From a virus: 64,000 nucleotides of DNA. Positions within the stretch are counted from its first letter, which is position 1, and the number at the start of each line of letters is the position of its first letter. The notes beneath the pieces were generated by a model that was not told where the DNA came from, did no database searches, and worked only from the letters and a program-made list of their open reading frames with translations. Below, piece by piece: positions 53,935 through 59,935 of this stretch. The translations under genes and the position numbers were made by a program. Location of the stretch: positions 308 through 64,307 of the IMG/VR virus record IMGVR_UViG_3300041583_000284. The stretch is one strand, 5' to 3'.

Positions 53935-54173
53935 TGGCCACCTCCGTTCCCGTTTCCATAGCCGTCGCCGTCGCCGAAGCCGTAGCCGTAGCCATCGCCG
54001 TTGCCGAAGCCATCGCCGTTGCCGTTGCCGAAGCCGTAGCCGAAGCCGTTGCCGAAGCCGTTGCCGAAGCCGTAGCCGTCGCCGGAGCCGTCGCCGGAGC
54101 CGTTGCCGAAGCCGTAGCCGCTACCGTAGCGGAACTTCGACCACACCAGCGGGCGGAGAAAGCCCCAGATCAT
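53931..54173 (-). CDS. Gly-rich micro-protein GR8
   Basis: 80 aa with the MIWGFLRPLVWSKFRYG leader. The ATG at 54173 overlaps the upstream TAA by 1 nt (TAATG). Ends GGGQ, encoding the GGAGGTGG RBS for GR7. Confidence 0.65.
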   Translation of the reverse strand: MIWGFLRPLVWSKFRYGSGYGFGNGSGDGSGDGYGFGNGFGNGFGYGFGNGNGDGFGNGDGYGYGFGDGDGYGNGNGGGQ

Positions 54174-54451
54174 TATGCCAGTGCTTCGATCCATGCTGCG
54201 CTCTCATTCACAGGCAGGGCAAAGATGATGTGGATATTCGGCACCAAGATGAGAGGCGCCTTGGCGTCCAGCACGGTGTCTTTGGTCGGGCCGTCAAAGA
54301 GCTGGTTCAGCCCGTGTGCAGTGCCCCACTTGCGGATGGTGCGGGCATCGTAGAGTTCCACGAAGCCGTCGTTGCCACCCCGTGCCCGGCCGACCATAAC
54401 GTGGCCAGCAGTGATTACGAGGATCGCGAGAGTTGGTGTTCCAAAGTTCAT
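54173..54451 (-). CDS. hypothetical protein
   Basis: 92 aa from the ATG at 54451 (MNFGTPTLAILVITAGH...), with a GGAGA RBS after palindrome P8. The track ORF extension to 54688 reads the GR9 region out of frame. Confidence 0.5.
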   Translation of the reverse strand: MNFGTPTLAILVITAGHVMVGRARGGNDGFVELYDARTIRKWGTAHGLNQLFDGPTKDTVLDAKAPLILVPNIHIIFALPVNESAAWIEALA

Positions 54452-54474
54452 GGTAGTCTCCATAGGTTGTTGTA

Positions 54475-54495
54475 ACTTAGTCGGAATGACTAAGT
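54475..54495 (-). repeat. junction palindrome P8
   Basis: ACTTAGTC GGAAT GACTAAGT, after the GR9 stop. Confidence 0.9.
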
Positions 54496-54740
54496 CAGTT
54501 GTAGCCGTCGCCGTAGCCGTCGCCGTCACCGTTGCCATAGTTGTAGCCGTCGCCAGTGCCGTCACCGTTGCCATAGTTGTAGCCGTCGCCGTCACCGTTG
54601 CCATAGTTGTAGCCGTCGCCAGTGCCGTCACCGTTGCCATAGTTGTAGCCGTAGCCGTCGCCGTCACCGTTGCCATAGCCGTCGCCATTGCCGAAGCTGG
54701 ACTTCGACCACACCAGCGGGCGGAGAAAGCCCCAGATCAT
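54495..54740 (-). CDS. Gly-rich micro-protein GR9
   Basis: 81 aa with the MIWGFLRPLVWSKSSFG leader and a GNGDG(Y/T)G(D)GYNY-type core. The ATG overlaps the upstream stop (ATGA). The TGA stop abuts palindrome P8. Confidence 0.7.
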   Translation of the reverse strand: MIWGFLRPLVWSKSSFGNGDGYGNGDGDGYGYNYGNGDGTGDGYNYGNGDGDGYNYGNGDGTGDGYNYGNGDGDGYGDGYN

Positions 54741-55039
54741 TTCAGTCTGGCGTGCATCACCTGCCACTCCTCCGGCCACAGCAGGGTCGGCACATCCTTC
54801 AGTGCGAAGACTTGCGGCTCTCCGTCCTCCACACGGATGCTGTATGTGGCACGGAGCCAAGGCTTGTGGTTGTGATAGGAGCCGCTGCCTGTCTCCGTGA
54901 TCTGCATGGTGATCTTACCCTTGATCGACTTAGGCGGCATGCCTAAGAGGGTGGCGATCATGAACAGCTTCTTAAACTCTATGAAGGTTGCGATCTGCTC
55001 GTGCAGGTTGGCGATTGCTTTGTCGATGATGTCGATCAT
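54737..55039 (-). CDS. hypothetical protein
   Basis: 100 aa, ATGA-coupled upstream and downstream. Confidence 0.5.
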   Translation of the reverse strand: MIDIIDKAIANLHEQIATFIEFKKLFMIATLLGMPPKSIKGKITMQITETGSGSYHNHKPWLRATYSIRVEDGEPQVFALKDVPTLLWPEEWQVMHARLK

Positions 55040-55254
55040 AGCATCATCGCCCCAACAAGGGCGATCACCCCCAAGAGGGCAACCAGCACGATGGTGGCAG
55101 CCGCCAAGGCGTCACGCTGGTTGCCCGCAGGCTTCGCGGTCACTGATGCCAATTGTGCTACGATGCGGGCCCGTGCGGCGATGCGGGCGTCCGCTGCGGC
55201 CTTGTCGAGGATAGCCTCGATCGCCACGTCGATGTCAGATTTCGTTGTCATCAT
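55036..55254 (-). CDS. small protein with a C-terminal transmembrane segment
   Basis: The ATG at 55254 follows an AAGGAGA RBS. C-terminal AAATIVLVALLGVIALVGAMML. Confidence 0.45.
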   Translation of the reverse strand: MMTTKSDIDVAIEAILDKAAADARIAARARIVAQLASVTAKPAGNQRDALAAATIVLVALLGVIALVGAMML

Positions 55255-55525
55255 CGTCTCCTTCGTTGTTGTCTGGAAAGTACACCCACACCCAAGCGGA
55301 TATGTAGATGCCCGGGTCCTCGCCGGGCGAGAGCAGCACCTCGTCGTCAAGCTCCACCTCGCCGTCCACGTGGTGTTGGTACCGCGCCATTTGGATAGCC
55401 TCGGCGTACTCGATCTGGTGGGCGTCGTGCTGGGCGAGCCAATCTCTGGCGGCGCTGACTGCTTTCATCAAGTCGTCGGCATCTGATGCTACCGTGATGT
55501 TGCGCAGGATTTGCAGGACCATCAT
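55235..55525 (-). CDS. hypothetical acidic protein
   Basis: 96 aa. AAAGGAGAAG RBS after palindrome P9. Confidence 0.5.
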   Translation of the reverse strand: MMVLQILRNITVASDADDLMKAVSAARDWLAQHDAHQIEYAEAIQMARYQHHVDGEVELDDEVLLSPGEDPGIYISAWVWVYFPDNNEGDDDDNEI

Positions 55526-55543
55526 CGTCTTCTCCTTTGTTGT

Positions 55544-56050
55544 TTAACTTAGTCGTTGTGACCGAGTGGTTTTCCATGGGGCTTTGCCCGCGATCACGCG
55601 GCGGACTGCAGCGGCCGCTTGTGCCGGGCTGCACGGGTCTGGGGCCAGCACGGCGTCGAACAGCGGATGCCCCTTGTGCACCGCCATTTCGCTCTCGTGC
55701 AGATTGCGGCTGAGGCCGAGGAACCCCAAGGCGGCGTCTCTTGTGGCTGCCCAGTCGCCTTCCGTGTCCTTCAGCAAGGCCTGCTGCCGCTTGAGGGATG
55801 GGAAAATCTCCCCCGGCTCTGCGACAGACATGAGGTGTGCGGCCCCTGCGATGCAGCAAACGGTGCCACAGTCAGGCTTCAGCATCTCGTCCGTGCGCCG
55901 CAACAGGCTGCCCAAGGTGCTGCAATCGCCGGTGGCGTCGGCCACTCCGTCGTCCGTGGCGGCGCAGATACCCAGCTCCATGTTGAAATAGGCATGTGGT
56001 GCGCCGGCCTCGAGCCACTCGGCGAGCTGTGTCAGGTGTGGGATATGCAT
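55544..56050 (-). CDS. hypothetical protein
   Basis: 168 aa. AAAGGAAC RBS after P10. Its 3-prime end runs through degenerate palindrome P9. Confidence 0.55.
   Translation of the reverse strand: MHIPHLTQLAEWLEAGAPHAYFNMELGICAATDDGVADATGDCSTLGSLLRRTDEMLKPDCGTVCCIAGAAHLMSVAEPGEIFPSLKRQQALLKDTEGDWAATRDAALGFLGLSRNLHESEMAVHKGHPLFDAVLAPDPCSPAQAAAAVRRVIAGKAPWKTTRSQRLS
55547..55567 (-). repeat. junction palindrome P9 (degenerate arm)
   Basis: ACTTAGTC GTTGT GACCGAGT. Overlaps the 3-prime end of ORF 55544-56050. Confidence 0.7.
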
Positions 56051-56072
56051 CGTCTTGTTCCTTTCTTGGTTG

Positions 56073-56093
56073 ACTTAGTCGTTGTGACTAAGT
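56073..56093 (-). repeat. junction palindrome P10
   Basis: ACTTAGTC GTTGT GACTAAGT. Contains the stop of ORF 56088-56321. Confidence 0.9.
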
Positions 56094-56321
56094 GGTGTAA
56101 GTATGGGCCTCGGGCCGCCCAGCTTCTTGGTCAGCAGCCCACTTGTCATGCAGGTCGTTGTGCTGGACGAGTGCAGTGGCCTCGTCAGGGGCTTCCTGCC
56201 AGACATAGGCGTCGGCGTCGTCCACAATTGCCCGGCCAGCAGGCGTGGCGAAGGTTGCCTCAGTCATGCAGGCTGGCTCGAAGGCGTTGTCGCTGTGTTC
56301 GTAGGTGCAGTATCTTGGCAT
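56088..56321 (-). CDS. hypothetical acidic protein
   Basis: 77 aa. Its stop codon is the TAG inside palindrome P10. Confidence 0.5.
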   Translation of the reverse strand: MPRYCTYEHSDNAFEPACMTEATFATPAGRAIVDDADAYVWQEAPDEATALVQHNDLHDKWAADQEAGRPEAHTYTT

Positions 56322-56344
56322 TGTCTTGTTCCTTTCTCGGTTGA

Positions 56345-56363
56345 CTTAGTCGTTGGGACTAAG
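56345..56363 (-). repeat. junction palindrome P11
   Basis: CTTAGTC GTTGG GACTAAG. Contains the stop of ORF 56359-56649. Confidence 0.9.
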
Positions 56364-56649
56364 AGTGAAAGCCAAAGTGGCCATTGCTCTCGTCGGCTCT
56401 GGCGGAGTCTGGGTGCCACACGGCACAGATCTGGTAAGCGATCGGCCCCAGCGGGTCTGCACGATAGGTAGCTGTGATTTCGAGGCTGTCGGCGGACGCA
56501 TGACCAATCAACTCAGCATAAGCATACTGAGCGGAGCTGCTGGCCCACTGGGACAGATAGCCAATGGCTTGGTGCATGTCGTCGCGTCCAGTAACAGACT
56601 CAATCTTTGTGAGGGTGTCCGGCTCGATGTTCAGATGCGTGGTTCTCAT
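56359..56649 (-). CDS. hypothetical protein
   Basis: 96 aa. Its stop codon is the TAG inside palindrome P11. Confidence 0.5.
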   Translation of the reverse strand: MRTTHLNIEPDTLTKIESVTGRDDMHQAIGYLSQWASSSAQYAYAELIGHASADSLEITATYRADPLGPIAYQICAVWHPDSARADESNGHFGFHS

Positions 56650-56673
56650 TTGGTTGGTTCCTTCTGTTGTTGA

Positions 56674-56692
56674 CTTAGTTGTTGTGACTAAG
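56674..56692 (-). repeat. junction palindrome P12
   Basis: CTTAGTT GTTGT GACTAAG (one inner mismatch). Contains the stop of ORF 56688-57113. Confidence 0.85.
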
Positions 56693-57113
56693 CAGGGCGT
56701 GCGTCGCCCTGCGGGATCGGTGCAGCGAGGGCCTGCATGATGGCAAGGTAGTGCTCATCCACGATGGTGTGGCACAGTTGCTCCTTCTGCTCCTTCGACA
56801 GGCCCTTGAGGTGCTTCAGGTGCTTGGCCTTTTGCTTATCGAACACAGCTCGGGCGTCGGCGAGATCCTCTTCTGTATGACGCCACGGCAACGGGGTGCA
56901 CCACTGGGTGTGCAACGGGGTGTGCCACACCATCGTGTGGTGCAGTTGTTCCCTCGACATGCGCTTGAGGCGCTTGAGATGCTTGGCCTTTTGCTCCTCG
57001 AACACAGCTCGGGCGTCGGCGAGATCCTCTTCTGTATGACGCTGGGGGAAGATCAGCGTGCAGCGCGCGTTTTCGTACCGTGCGGCGGCGGCGGCCTTGC
57101 GGACTTTGGGCAT
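56688..57113 (-). CDS. hypothetical protein with an internal tandem duplication
   Basis: The ATG at 57113 (MPKVRKAAAA...) follows P13 and an AAAGGAAC RBS. RHTEEDLADARAVF(E/D)(E/K)QKAKHLK(R/H)LK occurs twice. The stop is the TAG inside P12. Confidence 0.5.
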   Translation of the reverse strand: MPKVRKAAAAARYENARCTLIFPQRHTEEDLADARAVFEEQKAKHLKRLKRMSREQLHHTMVWHTPLHTQWCTPLPWRHTEEDLADARAVFDKQKAKHLKHLKGLSKEQKEQLCHTIVDEHYLAIMQALAAPIPQGDARPA

Positions 57114-57134
57114 CGTCTTGTTCCTTTCGGTTGA

Positions 57135-57153
57135 CTTAGTTGTTGTGACTAAG
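57135..57153 (-). repeat. junction palindrome P13
   Basis: CTTAGTT GTTGT GACTAAG. Contains the stop of ORF 57149-57409. Confidence 0.85.
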
Positions 57154-57409
57154 CGCTTGTTGCAAACATAACTGTCACGTCGTGGCAATCGCACGGCAGG
57201 ACACCGTATTCGGCGGCGTCATGGTAACGTGCGAAGTGAGACTGCTCGGCGGCATCGGCGTAGGTCAGCGGGCCAAACTCCATCACCATGTCTGTTTCCC
57301 AGCGGGTGAAGGCGCGTGCCTCATTGTCGTCGAGGCCTGTCGTGTCGCCGTTGATGCACGCAGGCAGCCAGTGGGTCGGCAGTGCGAGGGTGAGTCGGTC
57401 GAATGTCAT
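57149..57409 (-). CDS. hypothetical protein
   Basis: The ATG at 57409 (MTFDRLTLALPTHW...) follows an AGAAGGAAC RBS. The stop is the TAG inside P13. Confidence 0.5.
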   Translation of the reverse strand: MTFDRLTLALPTHWLPACINGDTTGLDDNEARAFTRWETDMVMEFGPLTYADAAEQSHFARYHDAAEYGVLPCDCHDVTVMFATSA

Positions 57410-57428
57410 GGTGTGGTTCCTTCTGTTG

Positions 57429-57632
57429 TTAGATTTGAAAATCAGCGACGACGCCGTTTTTTTGGCACTGGGGGCAGATGCAGCTTGCATACTCATCCCA
57501 GTCGCTGTCCCAGTTGGGCAGTTTCTTGTCGTCTGTATCGAAGCCATCGGCGTCGTACCTGCCCCACACACTAGCAGTGATGTGGAAGGCCTTGTTCTGG
57601 CCACAGTTGGGGCACTTCATGTCTTCCAGCAT
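57429..57632 (-). CDS. small zinc-ribbon protein (first early ORF)
   Basis: The ATG at 57632 follows P14 and an AAAGGAAC RBS. MLEDMKCPNCG...CICPQCQ (two CxxC pairs). Confidence 0.5.
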   Translation of the reverse strand: MLEDMKCPNCGQNKAFHITASVWGRYDADGFDTDDKKLPNWDSDWDEYASCICPQCQKNGVVADFQI

Positions 57633-57653
57633 AGTGCGGTTCCTTTCGGTTGA

Positions 57654-57672
57654 CTTAGTTGTTGTGACTAAG
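57654..57672 (-). repeat. palindrome P14 (upstream of the first early ORF)
   Basis: CTTAGTT GTTGT GACTAAG. Sits in a 31-bp block identical to the P12 region. Confidence 0.85.
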
Positions 57673-57970
57673 CAGGGCGGTGTCGCCCCGCTGCGTTGTT
57701 TCCTTGAACGTCTGCCTTGTGTGTTCCTTGGCCTGTTGTCAGCAGGCATGACTTGACGGCTCTGTCGGTGTCGTGGGGTTTTAGTGGCTATCGCTTGGCC
57801 GTGCGTCATGCACGGGGGTCTGGAGGCTTCTTAGGCAGGTTCGGCGTCGCTTCACAGCGGGGCTTACTTCTCCGATAGCATACACCCTCTTGTCCGAGAG
57901 ACGTATGGCAGATCATCTAGCATCATCGAGGCATTGTTTCCGGCTATGCCATCTCTGGCGTAGCCAGATA

Positions 57971-57991
57971 ACTTAGTCGGGGGGACTAAGT
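57971..57991. repeat. palindrome P15 (non-coding leader region)
   Basis: ACTTAGTC GGGGG GACTAAGT. Confidence 0.85.
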
Positions 57992-58074
57992 GCCTCTAGC
58001 GTTTGGTTATGGTCCACGTGCCATGCAGGGCAGGCGGCTGATAAAGAGCTGGCAAGCGCCTCACGACGCGGCCA

Positions 58075-58093
58075 CTTAGTCGCAAGGACTAAG
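58075..58093. repeat. palindrome P16 (non-coding leader region)
   Basis: CTTAGTC GCAAG GACTAAG. Followed by a second inverted repeat, GAAGCGGC...GCCGCTTC (58096-58126). Confidence 0.85.
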
Positions 58094-58135
58094 CACGAAG
58101 CGGCACCAACTGCATCTGGGCCGCTTCGTACTATT

Positions 58136-58163
58136 AGAATATCATGGTGGCACCTCATATCAA
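58136..58163 (-). promoter_or_regulatory. leftward early promoter candidate
   Basis: Read on the minus strand: TTGATA (58163-58158), 16-nt spacer, TATTCT (58141-58136). Lies upstream of P16, P15, P14 and the first early ORF. Pattern match only. Confidence 0.3.
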
Positions 58164-58340
58164 GCAGTTTGTTCTAGAAGTGGGCATGTTTGTTTAGGAA
58201 GGTTTCGTGGTTTCTGATGGTGGGAGATGGCACACTTTTGTTAATGCTATGCTGTGTCTGTCGGTTTAGTGGTGGGAGGTGGCGGGGTGTGAGAACTGGC
58301 ATTGGTGGGCAGTGTTGGGGAGTGTGAGGTTTGTGGGGGG

Positions 58341-58359
58341 CTTAGTCGTCGGGACTAAG
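58341..58359. repeat. palindrome P17 (control region)
   Basis: CTTAGTC GTCGG GACTAAG. Confidence 0.85.
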
Positions 58360-58559
58360 TGGCAATGGATGGTATGAAAACAGAACTGCTACCCTGTGTC
58401 TGTCGGTTTAGACGTATATGGTGGTATGGGAACAGAACTGCTACCCTGTGTCCCAAAGTTTGGTGGTGTATGGTGGTTTATGCATGTATCTGCTGAGGGT
58501 TTTTCGGCGGTTTCGGATGGGGTCGGTATATGGTAGCATATGGTTGTAAGGGGTGGTAT

Positions 58560-58995
58560 ATGGGTAATGTTCTTATTGTCTTAGTAATGTTCTTAAAAAT
58601 ATATATATATAACAATGTCTTGCGGGAATGTAACAATGTTCCTGCTTGAAGGGTACTCAGCTACATTTTTTTGTGTTGTGCACGGAACATTGGTAAAACG
58701 GACCGCTTTTGCCAGAATCGCGTTTTCTAAATCCTACCCTACCCTTCAAAACGCGGAACATTACAACATTACTGCAATATCAATGACTTAGGGGGAACAT
58801 TGGGTCGGAACATTACAAACTGGCAAAATCGCTAAGTCATTGATATATAACGAATTGCAATGTTCCTGCAAAAGGCCAACTTCACTATAACTCACAGTCC
58901 CAGAGAGTTTAGTTATATAATATCTATTGACAAAAATACGCAGACTGTGACAAGTAGTGAAGTTGGCCGATTTTGGCCAAATCTGGAACATTACA
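58560..58995. other. iteron-like repeat region with an AT-rich core (replication origin or master regulatory region candidate)
   Basis: GGAACATT or its complement AATGTTC(C/T) occurs at 58566, 58586, 58635, 58684, 58755, 58794, 58807, 58859 and 58985. AT run AAAAATATATATATATAA at 58594-58613. 15-bp perfect inverted repeat ATATCAATGACTTAG / CTAAGTCATTGATAT (58777-58791 / 58832-58846). Lowest GC in the window. Confidence 0.4.
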
Positions 58996-59009
58996 AAAAG
59001 GGGCTAAAA

Positions 59010-59318
59010 ATGGCTACTGAGCGAGACCTCGACCGCGCGCAGGCAATCCACAATTACGGTAGAAACTGCTACTTTTGTGCAGCTGGCCCTCTGGAGCGAC
59101 GCGCTTTATTCCTGAAACCCCTCGGGCCCAACAACACCAACGTGCCTATGTGCAAAACGTGTTGCCATGCCGTCGATACAGGCGTGTCGCTGCGTCCCAT
59201 CCTGCTCGCGCACTTGAAGCGTGGTCGTGCACTTGAAGCTGTCGCCAGTCTGCGCCTGACCGAATACGGCTGGGCCACACCGCGCAGACCCGAGCACCTA
59301 CTTAGTCACGAGGACTAA
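59010..59318 (+). CDS. zinc-ribbon protein, paralog A
   Basis: ATG at 59010 inside track ORF 58860-59318. MATERDLDRAQAIHNYGRNCYFCAAGPL...CKTCCHAV. The N-terminus and CxxC spacing are shared with paralog B. Confidence 0.55.
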   Translation: MATERDLDRAQAIHNYGRNCYFCAAGPLERRALFLKPLGPNNTNVPMCKTCCHAVDTGVSLRPILLAHLKRGRALEAVASLRLTEYGWATPRRPEHLLSHED

Positions 59319-59379
59319 GTCCCGCCCCGGCCAAAGCCGCGGGGTTCCGAAGTCCCGTCGCTGTTGGAGAACTGGCTTC
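59297..59379 (+). repeat. 83-bp repeat element, copy 1 (palindrome plus GC-rich tail)
   Basis: CTTAGTCACGAGGACTAAGTCCCGCCCCGGCCAAAGCCGCGGGGTTCCGAAGTCCCGTCGCTGTTGGAGAACTGGCTTC. Confidence 0.85.
59300..59320 (+). repeat. palindrome P18 (plus-strand unit)
   Basis: ACTTAGTC ACGAG GACTAAGT. Contains the TAA stop of ORF 59010-59318. Confidence 0.9.
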
Positions 59380-59398
59380 CGTTTTGAAAGGACACAAC

Positions 59399-59707
59399 AT
59401 GGCTACTCAGAGAGATATTGACCGCGGGCTTGCGCAGCGCAGGTATGGCAAAAGCTGCTACTGTTGCGGGAAAGGCCCGCTGTCGGGGCACGGACTGTTC
59501 TTGGCGCCTATTGGCTACACCGAGTACGCAAACACTGCCCACCCGCTTGCCCCCGTGTGCGCCTCGTGCCGCACAGCGCTCAAAACTGTCCCGACCCTCC
59601 GCCACATTGAGAACCTGCGTAGGGACCTGCGTAAGTGTCTGGTGACCACGCGGCGCTGGGCGGACGAGATCCACGGACTGGACTTTGCTTACCTCAGTGA
59701 GAACTGA
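59399..59707 (+). CDS. zinc-ribbon protein, paralog B
   Basis: ATG at 59399 after a GAAAGGA RBS. MATQRDIDRGLAQRRYGKSCYCCGKGPL...CASCRTAL. Confidence 0.55.
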   Translation: MATQRDIDRGLAQRRYGKSCYCCGKGPLSGHGLFLAPIGYTEYANTAHPLAPVCASCRTALKTVPTLRHIENLRRDLRKCLVTTRRWADEIHGLDFAYLSEN

Positions 59708-59790
59708 CCCGCTTAGTCACGAGGACTAAGTCCCGCCCCGGCCAAAGCCGCGGGGTTCCGAAGTCCCGTCGCTGCTGGAGAACTGGTTTC
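59708..59790 (+). repeat. 83-bp repeat element, copy 2
   Basis: Near-identical to copy 1. Tandem with copy 3 at an 86-bp period. Confidence 0.85.
59712..59730 (+). repeat. palindrome P19
   Basis: CTTAGTC ACGAG GACTAAG, 5 nt after the stop of ORF 59399-59707. Confidence 0.9.
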
Positions 59791-59793
59791 TGG

Positions 59794-59876
59794 CCCGCTT
59801 AGTCACGAGGACTAAGTCCCGCCCCGGCCAAAGCCGCGGGGTTCCGAAGTCCCGTCGCTGTTGGAGAACTGGTTTC
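59794..59876 (+). repeat. 83-bp repeat element, copy 3
   Basis: Near-identical. Followed by an AAAGGAAAG RBS-like sequence but no ORF. Confidence 0.85.
59798..59816 (+). repeat. palindrome P20
   Basis: CTTAGTC ACGAG GACTAAG, in the third copy of the 83-bp element. Confidence 0.9.
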
Positions 59877-59890
59877 CGAAAGGAAAGCAC

Positions 59891-59921
59891 AAAAAAGCCC
59901 CCGAACCTTGCGGCGCGGGGG
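59891..59921 (-). terminator. rho-independent terminator candidate (distal of a tandem pair)
   Basis: Minus-strand reading: CCCCCG-(12 nt containing CCGCAAGGT)-CGGGGG then CTTTTTT. Confidence 0.55.
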
Positions 59922-59935
59922 TAAACGGCGGGCAC

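Noticed and set aside
47942-54740. Possible CRISPR array or collagen-like genes suggested by the highly periodic GCCGTAGCC repeats.
   Set aside because: The repeat unit is 6-12 bp with no unique spacers, so it is not a CRISPR architecture. The peptide period is Gly-X, not the Gly-X-Y required for collagen triple helices.
47888-54875. Plus-strand Ala/Val-rich ORFs (for example 47888-48202, 48175-48360, 50640-50915, 53650-53961, 53934-54353, 54372-54875) and minus-strand RLRLRQRL-type or MATATATA-type ORFs over the same DNA.
   Set aside because: They are alternative-frame or antisense readings of the (GGC-NNC)n repeats. They lack a conserved start, RBS or coupling, and the surrounding operon is on the minus strand. 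Only the Gly-X frame has the conserved leader, synonymous variation and start-stop overlaps.
58916-58932. TATAAT (58916-58921) and TTGACA (58927-58932) hexamers as a rightward promoter for the zinc-ribbon genes.
   Set aside because: The two hexamers are in the wrong order and spacing, and neither has a suitable partner at 16-18 bp. No promoter is called.
59320-59365. tRNA or tRNA fragment suggested by the T-arm-like GGGGTTCCGAAGTCCCG in the 83-bp repeats.
   Set aside because: The loop is 8 nt rather than 7. No acceptor, D or anticodon arms can be drawn, and the sequence is triplicated as part of a larger repeat.
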